From: Gammaproteobacteria bacterium
GTDB lineage: Bacteria; Pseudomonadota; Gammaproteobacteria; Chromatiales; Chromatiaceae
Assembly (NCBI GenBank): GCA_020445335.1
Contig: JAGRGU010000051.1
Span: forward strand, 125 to 64,124
Reading direction: 5' to 3'
Length of the DNA stretch: 64,000 nucleotides
The position numbers and the translations under genes were made by a program. Positions 20,942-31,471 of this stretch are shown in pieces (the first letter of the stretch is position 1; each line of letters opens with the position of its first letter). The notes under the pieces are model-generated. The model saw only the letters and a program-made list of their open reading frames with translations. It searched no databases and had not been told where the DNA came from.

Positions 20942-23323
20942 ATGAAATTCAGTGAAGCCTGGTTGCGCGAATGGGTTGATCCCGCTGTTGCGACCGATGA
21001 GCTTGCGGACCAGTTGAGCATGGCCGGTCTTGAAGTCGACTCTGTAACGCCGGTCGCCGGTGAGTTCGACGGCGTGGTCGTCGGCAAGGTGCTCGCTCGC
21101 GAGCAGCATCCCAACGCCGATAAACTGAGTCTCTGCAGTGTCGACGTCAACGATGGCGCACCTTTGCAGATCGTATGCGGCGCGCCCAACGTGGCAGCCG
21201 GAATGAAGGTTCCGGTGGCGCGCATCGGTGCGAGGTTGCCGGGGGATTTCAGGATCAAACGGGCGAAACTGCGCGGCGTCGAGTCGCAGGGGATGATCTG
21301 CTCGGCCGCGGAACTGGGCCTGGCTGAGAGCTCCGACGGTATCATGCCGCTGCCCACGGAGGCGGAGATCGGCAGCGATTTCAGGCGCTATCTCGCGCTC
21401 GATGACAAGGCGATAGATGTCGATCTGACGCCCGACCGGGGCGACTGTCTGGGCATTGCGGGAATCGCCCGGGAGGTGGGTGTCATCAACCGCTGTTCGG
21501 TGACCCCGCCGTCGATCACGTCGGTGGCGCCGAGCCATGACGAGACTTTTCCAATCTCGCTGGAAGCGCCGCAAGGGTGTCCGCGCTACACCTGCCGCAT
21601 CATCCGTAATATCGATCCGAATGCCGAGACGCCGCTGTGGATGCGCGAGCGCCTGCGGCGCGGTGATCTGCGAGCGATTCATCCGGTGGTCGATGTCACC
21701 AACTACGTCATGCTGGAGCTGGGGCAGCCGATGCACGGCTTCGACCTGCGCCAGCTGGAGGGCGGCATCCGCGTACGCATGGCCGAAGCGGGGGAGCCGC
21801 TGCGGATGCTCGATGCCAGCGAGCTGGAGCTGCGCGCGGATACACTGGTGATCGCCGATCAGCGCAAAGCGGTGGCTATCGCCGGCATCATGGGTGGTGA
21901 ACACTCCGGCGTGGCCGAAGATACCACCGATGTGCTGCTCGAATGCGCCTACTTCGCGCCGACCGAAATCATCGGCAAGTCGCGCAGTTACGGTTTGAAT
22001 ACCGATTCGGCGCACCGCTATGAGCGTGGTGTCGACCCCGAATTGCAGCAGCGGGCGATGGAGCGGGCGACACGCCTGCTGATGGACATCGCCGGTGGCG
22101 AGCCTGGCCCGATCAACGAGGCGGTTGCGCCCGAGCAGATCGCCGCACGACCCGAAATCGCGCTACGCCGCAGGCAGGTATCCAGGTTACTGGGGGTTAC
22201 GATCGATGATGAGATCATTGTCGATATCCTCCGACGGTTGGAGATGCACGTGGTTGAGGATGCCCCCGACGGCTGGCGGGTGACCGCCCCCAGCTGCCGT
22301 TTCGACATCAGCATCGAGGCCGACCTGATCGAGGAGATCGGCCGCATTTACGGCTACACGCGGATTCCGACTCACCGCAGTGCCGCGGCGACGGTGTTGC
22401 ACAGCGCCGCAGAGAGCGCCTTCAGTCTGGCGCAGGCAAAGCAGGTACTTGTCGATCGGGATTTTCAGGAGGCGATCACCTACAGCTTCATCAGTCAGGA
22501 GATGCATGATCTGACCGATCCGCAGCACGGCACCGTCAAGCTGGCCAATCCCATTTCAGCGGATATGTCAATTATGCGAACCAGCCTCTGGCCGGGGCTG
22601 CTACAGACAGCCGTCTACAATCAGGCGCGTCAGCACAGCCGTATACGTATTTTTGAGTCTGGTCTTAGGTTTATCCAACAAGATAATGAAATTAAACAGG
22701 ATTTAATGCTTTCCGGGCTGGTGTCCGGGAGCCGCGAACCGGAGCAGTGGGGCCTACAGGTCAGTAGCGTTGACTTTTTTGACCTGAAGGCGGACCTGAT
22801 GGCGGTGCTGGCGCTGACCGCGCTTTCGTCGCAGATTCGTTTCGTCGCAGAAACGCACCCCTCGCTACATCCAGGCCAGAGTGCCAGAATATACAAAGGG
22901 GAACAGCCGTTGGGCTGGATCGGTATGCTCCACCCGGAGATTGAGCGTAAGCTAGACCTCAGGGTACCGGCCTACCTGTTCGAGATCGCGATCAGTGAAC
23001 TGCTGACAGGAGAGTTGCCCGAATTCAGGGAGTTGTCGCGTTTTCCTTCGATTCGACGCGACATCGCGGTCGTGGTCGCCGAGCAGGTGTCGTTCGGGGC
23101 GATCCATGAGTGCGTTCGTCTGGCGGCACCCGGGATTCTGAAAGATCTGCTGCTTTTCGACGTTTATACTGGGAATAAGATAGATTCGGGACTAAAAAGT
23201 CTCGCTTTAGGCTTGATTTTACAGGAAACTTCGCACACTCTTACCGACAAGGAAGTGGATAGTGTCATGGATCGTGTTTTACAGGCACTAAAACAGGAAT
23301 TGAATGCACAGTTGAGAGATTGA
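20942..23323 (+). CDS. pheT: Phenylalanyl-tRNA synthetase beta subunit
   Basis: [13 protein letters not shown]-terminus, tRNA-binding domain, B3/4 and B5 regions, 793 aa. Confidence 0.97.
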   Translation: MKFSEAWLREWVDPAVATDELADQLSMAGLEVDSVTPVAGEFDGVVVGKVLAREQHPNADKLSLCSVDVNDGAPLQIVCGAPNVAAGMKVPVARIGARLPGDFRIKRAKLRGVESQGMICSAAELGLAESSDGIMPLPTEAEIGSDFRRYLALDDKAIDVDLTPDRGDCLGIAGIAREVGVINRCSVTPPSITSVAPSHDETFPISLEAPQGCPRYTCRIIRNIDPNAETPLWMRERLRRGDLRAIHPVVDVTNYVMLELGQPMHGFDLRQLEGGIRVRMAEAGEPLRMLDASELELRADTLVIADQRKAVAIAGIMGGEHSGVAEDTTDVLLECAYFAPTEIIGKSRSYGLNTDSAHRYERGVDPELQQRAMERATRLLMDIAGGEPGPINEAVAPEQIAARPEIALRRRQVSRLLGVTIDDEIIVDILRRLEMHVVEDAPDGWRVTAPSCRFDISIEADLIEEIGRIYGYTRIPTHRSAAATVLHSAAESAFSLAQAKQVLVDRDFQEAITYSFISQEMHDLTDPQHGTVKLANPISADMSIMRTSLWPGLLQTAVYNQARQHSRIRIFESGLRFIQQDNEIKQDLMLSGLVSGSREPEQWGLQVSSVDFFDLKADLMAVLALTALSSQIRFVAETHPSLHPGQSARIYKGEQPLGWIGMLHPEIERKLDLRVPAYLFEIAISELLTGELPEFRELSRFPSIRRDIAVVVAEQVSFGAIHECVRLAAPGILKDLLLFDVYTGNKIDSGLKSLALGLILQETSHTLTDKEVDSVMDRVLQALKQELNAQLRD

Positions 23324-23325
23324 TC

Positions 23326-23622
23326 ATGTCATTGACCAAGGCAGAGATAGCCGAAAAACTTTTCGACGAACTCGGGCTCAACAAGCGTGAAGCCAAAGAG
23401 ATGGTCGAAATGTTTTTCGAGAAGATCCGCGAAGCGCTGGAAGAGGGAGGGCAGGTGAAGCTCTCCGGTTTCGGCAACTTCGACCTGCGGGAGAAGAAGG
23501 AGCGACCGGGTCGTAATCCGAAAACCGGCGAGGAGATACCAATTTGTGCCCGTCGGGTGGTTACTTTTCGACCTGGACAGAAACTGAAAGCACGAGTAGA
23601 AGCCTATGCTGGAAGCGAGTGA
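23326..23622 (+). CDS. ihfA: Integration host factor alpha subunit
   Basis: [13 protein letters not shown]...[39 protein letters not shown] is near-identical in pattern to E. coli IhfA. The ATG at 23326 is preferred over TTG at 23320. Confidence 0.95.
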   Translation: MSLTKAEIAEKLFDELGLNKREAKEMVEMFFEKIREALEEGGQVKLSGFGNFDLREKKERPGRNPKTGEEIPICARRVVTFRPGQKLKARVEAYAGSE

Positions 23623-23965
23623 CAGCACCACCGATCTGCCGGCGATTCCCAGCAAGCGCTATTTCACGATCGGAGAGGTGAGTGAACTCTGCGGCGTAAA
23701 GCCGCACGTGTTGCGCTACTGGGAGCAGGAGTTCGCCCAGCTCAAACCGGTAAAGCGTCGCGGAAACCGGCGTTATTATCAACGCCACGATGTGTTGATG
23801 ATCCGCCAGATCCGGAGCCTTCTATATGAGCAGGGCTTCACCATCGGCGGCGCGCGCCAGCAGCTGTCCAGCGAAGGAGCAAAAGAGGATAACGCCCAGA
23901 GCCAGCAGATCATTCGCCAGCTGCGTATCGAGCTCGAGGAGATTCTGCAGCTGCTGAAGCGCTGA
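23606..23965 (+). CDS. MerR-family transcriptional regulator (the small MerR gene conserved downstream of ihfA)
   Basis: The [28 protein letters not shown] is the MerR signature. The gene overlaps the ihfA 3' end by 17 nt. Confidence 0.8.
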   Translation: MLEASDSTTDLPAIPSKRYFTIGEVSELCGVKPHVLRYWEQEFAQLKPVKRRGNRRYYQRHDVLMIRQIRSLLYEQGFTIGGARQQLSSEGAKEDNAQSQQIIRQLRIELEEILQLLKR

Positions 23966-24093
23966 TGAAACAGCGAAAGAGGCCAGATCCGTCGCCAGCC
24001 CGCCCCGTTGACACGAACCTGCCGAAAGCCTAGTATTCGCCTGCTTCGACGGCTCCCGGATCTTCTCCTGAAGGAGCTTCGCAGTAGTATCCT

Positions 24094-24170
24094 CCGGGCG
24101 TGGCGCAGTCTGGTAGCGCACTACAATGGGGTTGTAGGGGTCGGATGTTCGAATCATCTCGCCCGGACCA
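24094..24170 (+). tRNA. tRNA-Pro (anticodon GGG)
   Basis: Cloverleaf folded by hand: acceptor CCGGGCG/CGCCCGG, D-arm GCGC..GCGC, anticodon arm CTACA-AT[GGG]GT-TGTAG, T-arm GGATG-TTCGAAT-CATCT, discriminator A, encoded CCA. Confidence 0.9.
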
Positions 24171-24176
24171 AAATAG

Positions 24177-24216
24177 AAGGGTTGACGATCCAACAGGACC
24201 GTCAACCCTTTTTTTA
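24177..24216 (+). terminator. Rho-independent terminator after tRNA-Pro
   Basis: AAGGGTTGACG...CGTCAACCCTT followed by TTTTTTATT. Confidence 0.75.
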
Positions 24217-24546
24217 TTCGTCGCGACCGTCGTTGGCGCCGCAAGAGTGGCCTCGCCAACGCCAGCGACAGGCTTTTTGCCGATAGCGCGGAACCGGAGC
24301 GCTGACGGTTTGGATCACCGTCAGGTTTTTCCAGTTCCGGCCGCTAATGACGCAGAGTTGATTTTGTAGCGGATTCTGTTGCCGCATGGGCGCTTAGGAC
24401 GGAAGAGAGCAGCCGAATTTTCCGCCCGGCAGCAATCCCAAGGATAAGTGGGCGTGAGAGCGGGTTGGATGGAGAATCCGACCAGACTTGATAACAAAGA
24501 GCGGCGCTGAGCTTTCAACGCCCTAACGATAATACCGTTGCCACAG

Positions 24547-27500
24547 ATGACGAATAGTCGCACCACTCACAAATCAAGTTTCGACTCCCGCCTGCCGGTA
24601 TTGATCGCCGTCATCGCTCTGCTGCTGGGGTCGGCGGCATTTCTGTTGATCAAGGCTCTCGATGGGGTTGAACAGAGTGACTCCAAGCAGACTCCGAGCT
24701 CGTCAGAACCGCGCGCCGATTTCACCTCAATTAGATTGGCGTTGCAGGCGCTCGAGTCGCTGCCCGAACTGATCGACGCGGAGGAGAGTCGACAGGACAC
24801 GCGCCTGACACGGATCGATCTCGAACTGCTCGATCTACATGCGAACACCTCCGAAGGTGAGCTCCGAAGTTCCATCGAGAAGCTGATGGGTGCCTTCTCC
24901 CGCTATCGTGAATCCGCCAACAGAGTAAGATCGCTCAAGCACTCGATTGACGAACATGCACTCCAGATAGACACCTGGATGGATCGGCTCGAGCAGTTCA
25001 TCGGTTCGTCCGCTCTCCAGTTGCAATCAGCTGACGACGGTTCCGGCACTGATGGCACGGAGCTGGGATTGACCGCGGCGGTAAGGGCGGACTGGCGCTC
25101 GCTGCGGTCGACATTCATGCAGCAGGCGACCGTTGGTCTGGCTAGCGGCTTACAGCGCCACCGCGCCACCTTTCTGCACCTCTTCACCCGCAGTGACCGG
25201 ATCAGGGAGCGCCTGCTGCTGCTTGCAGGCAGCAGCGACGCAACCGATTTCATCGATCGGCTGGATCGCTCGGTGCTGCGGCACCACGACCAGCTGGTCC
25301 AGTTGGAGTACGCGGTCAGACTTTTACTGGAGTACTTCGAGCAGCTGAGCTCGATAGCCGCCGACGTTTCCAGGACTCTCGAGCGGCTGCAACAGGAGTC
25401 ACAGCCTGTAGCCCCGATCGAAGCCGCATCGGCTGAGGACGAATCGGTGCATCACGGGTCGACGCTTCTGCTGATCACCTCGGGGTTGCTAGTGCTGACC
25501 GCGTTGACGGTGATCGTACTGTTTCTGCGGCGCCATGTCGGCGCACCACTCAATCAGCTGGTGGCCACGATCACTGACTCGACAGGGGCGTCTGAGCGGA
25601 CCGGCCAGGATGATTGGGATCTGATCGCGGGCACCATCGGCGCGCTGCAGAGCGAACTGAGCGCCCAGCGCCAGGCCATAGACAGCAGCGAGGAGCGCTA
25701 TCGACTGCTTATTGAGAACCAGGGCGATATGATCGTGCGTCTGGATCCGGAGGGACGTTTCGAGTTCGTCAGTTCGACCTATTGCGAGACATTCGGCAAG
25801 TCGCTGGAAGAGTTGGTGGGTCGAGCCTCACCGATCACGCTGCTGGCCAAAGGGAGAGGCGAGCAGGGCGGGACGATGATGGATCTTTACCGCCCCCCCT
25901 ACGAGTGCGTGCTGGAACAGCGCTCCGAGACGACGCGTGGCTGGCGCTGGATCTCGTGGAATCACAAGGCACTGCGCGACGACAGCGGCGGTGTAGAGGC
26001 GATCGTCAGCGTTGGCCGAGACGTCACCGATCGCAAGCTTGCCGAGCTGGAGCTCGAGGGACAACGCCATTTTCTGCACACGGTCATAGACGCAGTGGCA
26101 GACCCGGTGATGGTCATCAGGCGTGACTATCGGCTGCAGATGTACAACGAGGCCGCGCGCAGGAGCTTTGGACTGCGGGGCGATGCAGATCAGCAGAGTA
26201 TGACCGGTTTCTGCCACAAGCTGCTTTACGGTGAAGAGCAACCTTGCCAGCAACCGAGTCACCCCTGCGCGCTGCACCAGGTATTGCAGAGCGGACGTCC
26301 GACCACGGTGCTGCATCTGCACGAAACCGCCAACGGAGAGCGTACCTTCGAACTGACGGCCAGCCCCTATTGCGACCGCGAGGGGGAGATTCTGGGAGTG
26401 GTGCAGGTCTCGCGCGATATCACCGAGAAGCTTAAGGCCGAGGATCGTATCCGCTTTCTGGCGCACCATGATGCGTTGACCGGTCTACCGAACCGTGTGC
26501 TGCTGCGCGACCGGTTCCACCAGGCGGCGCAGCAAGCCGATCGCGAGGGCCACAGTATCGCGCTGCTGTTTCTCGATCTCGACCATTTCAAGCACGTCAA
26601 CGATACGCTCGGTCACAAGGTAGGCGACAGGCTGTTGCAGCAAGTGGTTACGCGACTCTCCAGTGCGATACGCGGCAGCGACACGGTCAGTCGTCTGGGC
26701 GGCGACGAGTTCGTCATGGTACTGCCGCTGCGTGGCGAAATCGGTGCCGCGGAACGTATCAGCGCCCATGTGCTGAGAATTTTGAGCGAACCTTTCCAGA
26801 TCGAAGGACATGAACTGAGACTGTCGGCCAGCATCGGCATCAGCCGTTATCCGCAGGATGGTGGCGAGTTCGACGATCTGCTGAAGAATGCCGACAGCGC
26901 AATGTACGTGGCCAAGGAGTCGGGGCGCAACAACTGTCGTTTCTATCAGTCGGAGATGAGCAACACGGATATCTCACGCCTGAAGCTGTTGAACGCTCTG
27001 CAGCGGGCGCTGGAAAAGGAGGATTTCAACCTGCTCTATCAGCCGCAGGTCGAACTCAACGGCGGCCGGCTGGTTGGGTTCGAGGCTCTGGTCAACTGGC
27101 AGAGCCGGACGCTCGGCCGCCTGCGGCCGGGCCAGTTCGTGTCGCTGGCGGAGGAGAGCGGGCTGATAGTGCCACTGGGAAACTGGGTGCTGCGCCAAGC
27201 CTGTACCCAGGTGGCTGAGTGGAACCGGAGCAGCGGCATGGCACTCCCGGTCGCGGTCAATCTCTCCGCGTTGCAGATTCGCCAGGAGTCGTTCGTCGAT
27301 GTGGTGGTCGCTACACTCGAGGAGAGCGGTCTGCCGGCGCATCTGCTGGAACTTGAACTGACCGAATCGATCCTGCTGCAGGATACGGACAAGGTGCTGA
27401 TCGCGGTCAAGGCGCTGCAGGAGCTGGGCATCAGGCTGACGATGGATGATTTCGGCACCGGATACTCTTCGCTCAGTTATCTGAAGAAGTTCAATCTGAC

Positions 27501-27783
27501 GGGACTGAAGATCGACCGCTCCTTCGTCGCCGATCTGACCAACGAAGCCGATGATGCCACCATCGTGCGTGCGATAATCCAGATGGGACACGGCTTGGGG
27601 CTGACGGTAATCGCCGAAGGCGTGGAGACGTTGGAACAGGTTGCCTGGCTGCAGCAAGAAGGCTGCGAACGGGCGCAGGGCTACTATTTTTACAAGCCGA
27701 CGGACGCCGAGGGCATCTCGCGTATGCTGCTACCGGACGGTGACCGGACCGAAGCGGTCGGGGACTACCCGAATTTGTCCTGA
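24547..27783 (+). CDS. Membrane sensor with PAS domains, GGDEF diguanylate cyclase and EAL phosphodiesterase domains
   Basis: Two TM segments flank a large N-terminal region. PAS segments are present. RLGGDEFVMVLP (GGDEF), FEALVNWQ (EAL) and DDFGTGYSSLSYL. The ATG at 24547 is preferred over TTG at 24538. Confidence 0.9.
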   Translation: MTNSRTTHKSSFDSRLPVLIAVIALLLGSAAFLLIKALDGVEQSDSKQTPSSSEPRADFTSIRLALQALESLPELIDAEESRQDTRLTRIDLELLDLHANTSEGELRSSIEKLMGAFSRYRESANRVRSLKHSIDEHALQIDTWMDRLEQFIGSSALQLQSADDGSGTDGTELGLTAAVRADWRSLRSTFMQQATVGLASGLQRHRATFLHLFTRSDRIRERLLLLAGSSDATDFIDRLDRSVLRHHDQLVQLEYAVRLLLEYFEQLSSIAADVSRTLERLQQESQPVAPIEAASAEDESVHHGSTLLLITSGLLVLTALTVIVLFLRRHVGAPLNQLVATITDSTGASERTGQDDWDLIAGTIGALQSELSAQRQAIDSSEERYRLLIENQGDMIVRLDPEGRFEFVSSTYCETFGKSLEELVGRASPITLLAKGRGEQGGTMMDLYRPPYECVLEQRSETTRGWRWISWNHKALRDDSGGVEAIVSVGRDVTDRKLAELELEGQRHFLHTVIDAVADPVMVIRRDYRLQMYNEAARRSFGLRGDADQQSMTGFCHKLLYGEEQPCQQPSHPCALHQVLQSGRPTTVLHLHETANGERTFELTASPYCDREGEILGVVQVSRDITEKLKAEDRIRFLAHHDALTGLPNRVLLRDRFHQAAQQADREGHSIALLFLDLDHFKHVNDTLGHKVGDRLLQQVVTRLSSAIRGSDTVSRLGGDEFVMVLPLRGEIGAAERISAHVLRILSEPFQIEGHELRLSASIGISRYPQDGGEFDDLLKNADSAMYVAKESGRNNCRFYQSEMSNTDISRLKLLNALQRALEKEDFNLLYQPQVELNGGRLVGFEALVNWQSRTLGRLRPGQFVSLAEESGLIVPLGNWVLRQACTQVAEWNRSSGMALPVAVNLSALQIRQESFVDVVVATLEESGLPAHLLELELTESILLQDTDKVLIAVKALQELGIRLTMDDFGTGYSSLSYLKKFNLTGLKIDRSFVADLTNEADDATIVRAIIQMGHGLGLTVIAEGVETLEQVAWLQQEGCERAQGYYFYKPTDAEGISRMLLPDGDRTEAVGDYPNLS

Positions 27784-27846
27784 AGTGGCAGGTGACGGCA
27801 CGCTTTTCCGACGTGAATCCGGGGTAACGACCCGAAAAGGTAACGA

Positions 27847-29184
27847 GTGAAACTGAAAACCGGACTGTTGCTGTTGCTGATTGTGGTCGGGCTTGCCTAT
27901 GGTGGCGCCAAGTTCTACCTGCACAAGAAGACCAAGGACCGACTCGATGAGTGGGTGATCATGGTATCCCCGTTCGCGGAACTCAGTTACGGGGAGATTC
28001 ACTCCGACCTGCGGGGTTCGCTGGCAGTCGACGGCATCTATTTGAGTTCCGCCGACGGAGCCGTGCTGCAGATTGGCCACGTCGAGGTCGAGGGCCCGGG
28101 TCCTCTGTTCCTGTACGATCTGACGCGGGGATTCGGCAACAAGGCGCCGCCCGAAAGTATCGTGTTCAAGGTAACTTCGCTCAGCGTGCCGGTGGATCAG
28201 AATCTGCGTGCCAGTTTCCCGGCATTCGAAACGGAGGGTGCGGAGCTCGCGCCGGTCGAGCCTTGCACGCTGGCAGGATTGTTCCGCTACGCGGGTCTGG
28301 ACAATATCGGCATGGAACAGATGGTCGCCGATGCGGTGCTGGGCTATAACTTCGATCGCTCCAGGGGCGAGGCGCGTATGTTTTTCGACTACGATCTGAA
28401 GGCGATCGAAAGCATGTCCCTCAATCTGGCAATGGAGAGCCTGCCGCAACCAGGCGCGGTCATGCTGGGAGAGCTGCCGTCGATTACCAGCTTGGAGCTC
28501 TCCTACAAAATGGAACCCGACTATGCGCAGCGGATGGTGGCGCACTGCGCCAAGCAGGCTGACACCAGCCCGGGCGAGTTCCTGTCGGCACTGTTCACCC
28601 GTTCTGAGGCCTATTTCCAAAGCAACCTGGGGTTCGTGCCGGGTCCCGGGCTGCGTGACATGCTGCAGAGTCTCCTGACCGTGGGTGGCGTGGTGCAGAT
28701 CTCTGCCGCGCCGGGTGAGCTCGATCCCGGCCAGCTGTTCGCTTATCAACCACAACAGCTGATCGAAATGTTCGGGGTCTCGGTGGCCTACAACGACAAC
28801 CCGGTCACCGATCTGAGCATGCAGTTCGCGGCAACGGCTGACAATGTTCCCGCTTTTCCCGCATGGCCGGGTCTCGAGACGCCCCCAGCCGAGCCGGAAG
28901 CCTCCGATAGCGAGTCACCCGAAATCGATGCCTCCACCCCGTCGCGTCGCCCACGAATGCGTTATCTTGAGACGCCGGTGAGCGAGCTTCATCGCTTTGT
29001 CGGCAGTCGTGTAAGGCTCTACACGGCTGGTGTGCCACAGCCCAAACAGGGAATTCTGACCAGCTATAAAAACTCCGTTTTCAGTGTGGTGCAGGAGATC
29101 TATCGGGGCAAGATGACCGCGCACGTGGCGCTCTCCGATCTGACACGGGCGGAGGTGCTGCGCAGCCCGCCCGCGCAACCCTAG
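27847..29184 (+). CDS. Hypothetical N-terminally membrane-anchored protein
   Basis: GTG start. Signal-anchor MKLKTGLLLLLIVVGLAYGG. 445 aa with an acidic/Pro-rich linker near residue 350. No family recognised. Confidence 0.55.
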   Translation: MKLKTGLLLLLIVVGLAYGGAKFYLHKKTKDRLDEWVIMVSPFAELSYGEIHSDLRGSLAVDGIYLSSADGAVLQIGHVEVEGPGPLFLYDLTRGFGNKAPPESIVFKVTSLSVPVDQNLRASFPAFETEGAELAPVEPCTLAGLFRYAGLDNIGMEQMVADAVLGYNFDRSRGEARMFFDYDLKAIESMSLNLAMESLPQPGAVMLGELPSITSLELSYKMEPDYAQRMVAHCAKQADTSPGEFLSALFTRSEAYFQSNLGFVPGPGLRDMLQSLLTVGGVVQISAAPGELDPGQLFAYQPQQLIEMFGVSVAYNDNPVTDLSMQFAATADNVPAFPAWPGLETPPAEPEASDSESPEIDASTPSRRPRMRYLETPVSELHRFVGSRVRLYTAGVPQPKQGILTSYKNSVFSVVQEIYRGKMTAHVALSDLTRAEVLRSPPAQP

Positions 29185-29364
29185 CCAGCGAAACAGCGTT
29201 TGGCATAGGGGGCAGATTCGATCGATCGACGAGATGGCCCTGCGGTCGATCCCTCCTGAATCACGCGACACTCCTGAAATCTCCCGGCAATTGATGGTCG
29301 GACCGGGTGTGGGCTGTCCTATAATCTGGGAAAAGTGATTGAACCTAAACAGTAAGGAGATGCC

Positions 29365-30339
29365 GTGAGCAGAGCAGTTCGCATTCATCAGTTGGGTGGA
29401 CCCGAGGTGTTGAGCTGGGATGAGGTCGATATCCCGGCACCCGGAGTGGGACAGGTCGCGCTGCGGCAAACGGCGGTCGGCCTCAATTTTATCGACGTAT
29501 ATCAGCGCTCGGGTCTCTACCCGTTGGGCGAACTGCCACAAGTGCTCGGCATGGAGGCGGCGGGGGTGGTGGAATCGGTGGGCGAGGGGGTAGACGGGTT
29601 CGCCCCGGGCGATCGCGTCGCCTACGCGATGGTGCTGGGGGCCTATGCAGAGCATCGGCTGGTCGATGCGGAAAAACTGCTCAAGCTGCCCGATTCGGTT
29701 TCGGACGAAAGCGCAGCGGCGGTGCTGTTGCAGGGCATGACCGCGCGTTACCTGCTGAAGGGCTCTTTTCCCGTCAAATCCGGAGACACGATCCTGCTGA
29801 TGGCGGCGGCGGGTGGCGTCGGTCTGATTCTTTCGCAGTGGGCCAGAGATCTCGGTGCCACGGTGATTGGCTGTGTTGGCAGTGAGGAGAAAGCCGAACT
29901 GGCACGGCGCAATGGTTGTGCACATACGATCAACTATCGTGAGGAGAACGTGGCCGCGCGGGTGCACGAACTGACCGACGGAGAGGGCGTGGCGGTATCC
30001 TACGATTCGGTCGGGGCGGCGACGCTGGAGGCTTCGCTCGACTCGCTGCGGCCGACCGGAACGCTGGTGAGTTTCGGTAATGCCTCCGGTCCGATTACCA
30101 ACTTGAATCTGGGGCTGCTGGCTCAGAAGGGTTCGCTCTACGTGCAACGCCCGACACTGGCCACTTACATTCGCACCCGCGAGTTGCTGCAGGCTTGCGC
30201 GGACGATCTGTTCGATGTGTTAGGCAGCGGGCTGGTACACGCACATATCGGACAGCGCTATCGGCTGGAGCAGGCTGCCGACGCCCATCGCGATCTCGAG
30301 GCGAGGAGAACCACCGGGTCGACCATACTTGTTCCCTGA
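29365..30339 (+). CDS. qor: NADPH:quinone oxidoreductase (zeta-crystallin/MDR family)
   Basis: GVGQVALRQTAVGLNFIDVYQRSGLYP and AAAGGVG nucleotide-binding motif, 324 aa. SD AAGGAGA precedes the GTG. Confidence 0.85.
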   Translation: MSRAVRIHQLGGPEVLSWDEVDIPAPGVGQVALRQTAVGLNFIDVYQRSGLYPLGELPQVLGMEAAGVVESVGEGVDGFAPGDRVAYAMVLGAYAEHRLVDAEKLLKLPDSVSDESAAAVLLQGMTARYLLKGSFPVKSGDTILLMAAAGGVGLILSQWARDLGATVIGCVGSEEKAELARRNGCAHTINYREENVAARVHELTDGEGVAVSYDSVGAATLEASLDSLRPTGTLVSFGNASGPITNLNLGLLAQKGSLYVQRPTLATYIRTRELLQACADDLFDVLGSGLVHAHIGQRYRLEQAADAHRDLEARRTTGSTILVP

Positions 30340-30519
30340 CGGGGTAGTAATGGTCCGCGGAAATCCCGCTATCAGCAGCAGGCGGTTTCCATCGCCTGCT
30401 TGGCAGGTGTCTTCCTGGTCGTCAATATTTTCCCGGTTAGTCAATACCAAGGGGATTGCAGGAAGGGGCACACCCAGAATGACTTCGTGGGCGACGAGTT
30501 GAAGTTCAATAGACGATCG

Positions 30520-31377
30520 CTACTTCGTTACTGATATTCTGACTCCACAGGCAGTACCGATGCGCCGCGCTGCCAATATGCACAAACCAAACCCCATCAA
30601 CAGGAGCGTTGCGGGTTCCGGCACTTTGCAACAGGCATCGGCAACGACCTGGTAATTTGGATAGCCGGTCTGGACCAGTTTTTTCAACGCACTCGATGTG
30701 CTGGTGAATCTGAGTTCATTCGCAGTTGGTGCGGCACTTCCCAGCCGCTCCCAGCCCCACAGAACTGAACCCAGATAGGTGAGCTTGTTATCGTATGTGC
30801 AAACCAAGGCGAGTTCGGCTGCCCACGCCAACGGATGCTTCACATTTTGGTACCAGACGCCGTCTCCAAAGCGTTTGGGTGCGTCCTCCAACGCATAGGT
30901 ATACCCGTTCCTGCCTTTCAATTCCGTCCCGTTATTGTTATAGAAAGGCGCGCTGTCATACTTGGGGTCTCCTTTCCACGGATCCAGGTAGATGTAGAAC
31001 ATCTCCTTCATGTAGTCGTCAAGGGTCTCTCCCCAGAGTTTACTGTTGAGATCGATACCCGAATCCTTGATTTTCGGTGGTTCGCCAGACCAGGTGGTGG
31101 AGTCCTCGTTGGTTACGATCATTTGAATCCAGCGAAAATCGGTGGGACAGCTCCCTTCAGGGCACTTGAAAGCGGCGTTTTGTTGAAACCCGCCCTTGAG
31201 GATGACGCCCGACCAACTCCCTGAAGCCCAGGGCTGGTAAATATTGATATCGATTTTTCCTATGGGCGGGACCTGGAAGGTCTTGATCGGGGTTCCCTGC
31301 GCTTGGAGGGAGAGGAGCAACATGCAGCAAAACAACAAACCGAGGGATATGAAGCCGCCCGCCTTTTGTGGAGCCAT
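30520..31377 (-). CDS. Secreted PEP-CTERM sorting-domain protein
   Basis: N-terminal signal peptide. C-terminal VPEPATLLLMGFGLCILAARR (PEP motif, TM helix, basic cluster). G+C is visibly lower than in the neighbours. Confidence 0.8.
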   Translation of the reverse strand: MAPQKAGGFISLGLLFCCMLLLSLQAQGTPIKTFQVPPIGKIDINIYQPWASGSWSGVILKGGFQQNAAFKCPEGSCPTDFRWIQMIVTNEDSTTWSGEPPKIKDSGIDLNSKLWGETLDDYMKEMFYIYLDPWKGDPKYDSAPFYNNNGTELKGRNGYTYALEDAPKRFGDGVWYQNVKHPLAWAAELALVCTYDNKLTYLGSVLWGWERLGSAAPTANELRFTSTSSALKKLVQTGYPNYQVVADACCKVPEPATLLLMGFGLCILAARRIGTACGVRISVTK

Positions 31378-31471
31378 CGAACTACCTCCTCGACAAACGA
31401 TTTACCTGGACCGTTGTGCAAATACCTCTACTGATATTCTGGCGCGTTTTCCACGAAATTTGAAGGGTCAA

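Noticed and set aside
27730-30147. Two long minus-strand ORFs (27730-28755 and 28915-30147).
   Set aside because: They are antisense to the membrane-anchored hypothetical protein and qor. Their compositions are His/Arg/Gln-rich and motif-free, while qor on the plus strand is unambiguous.
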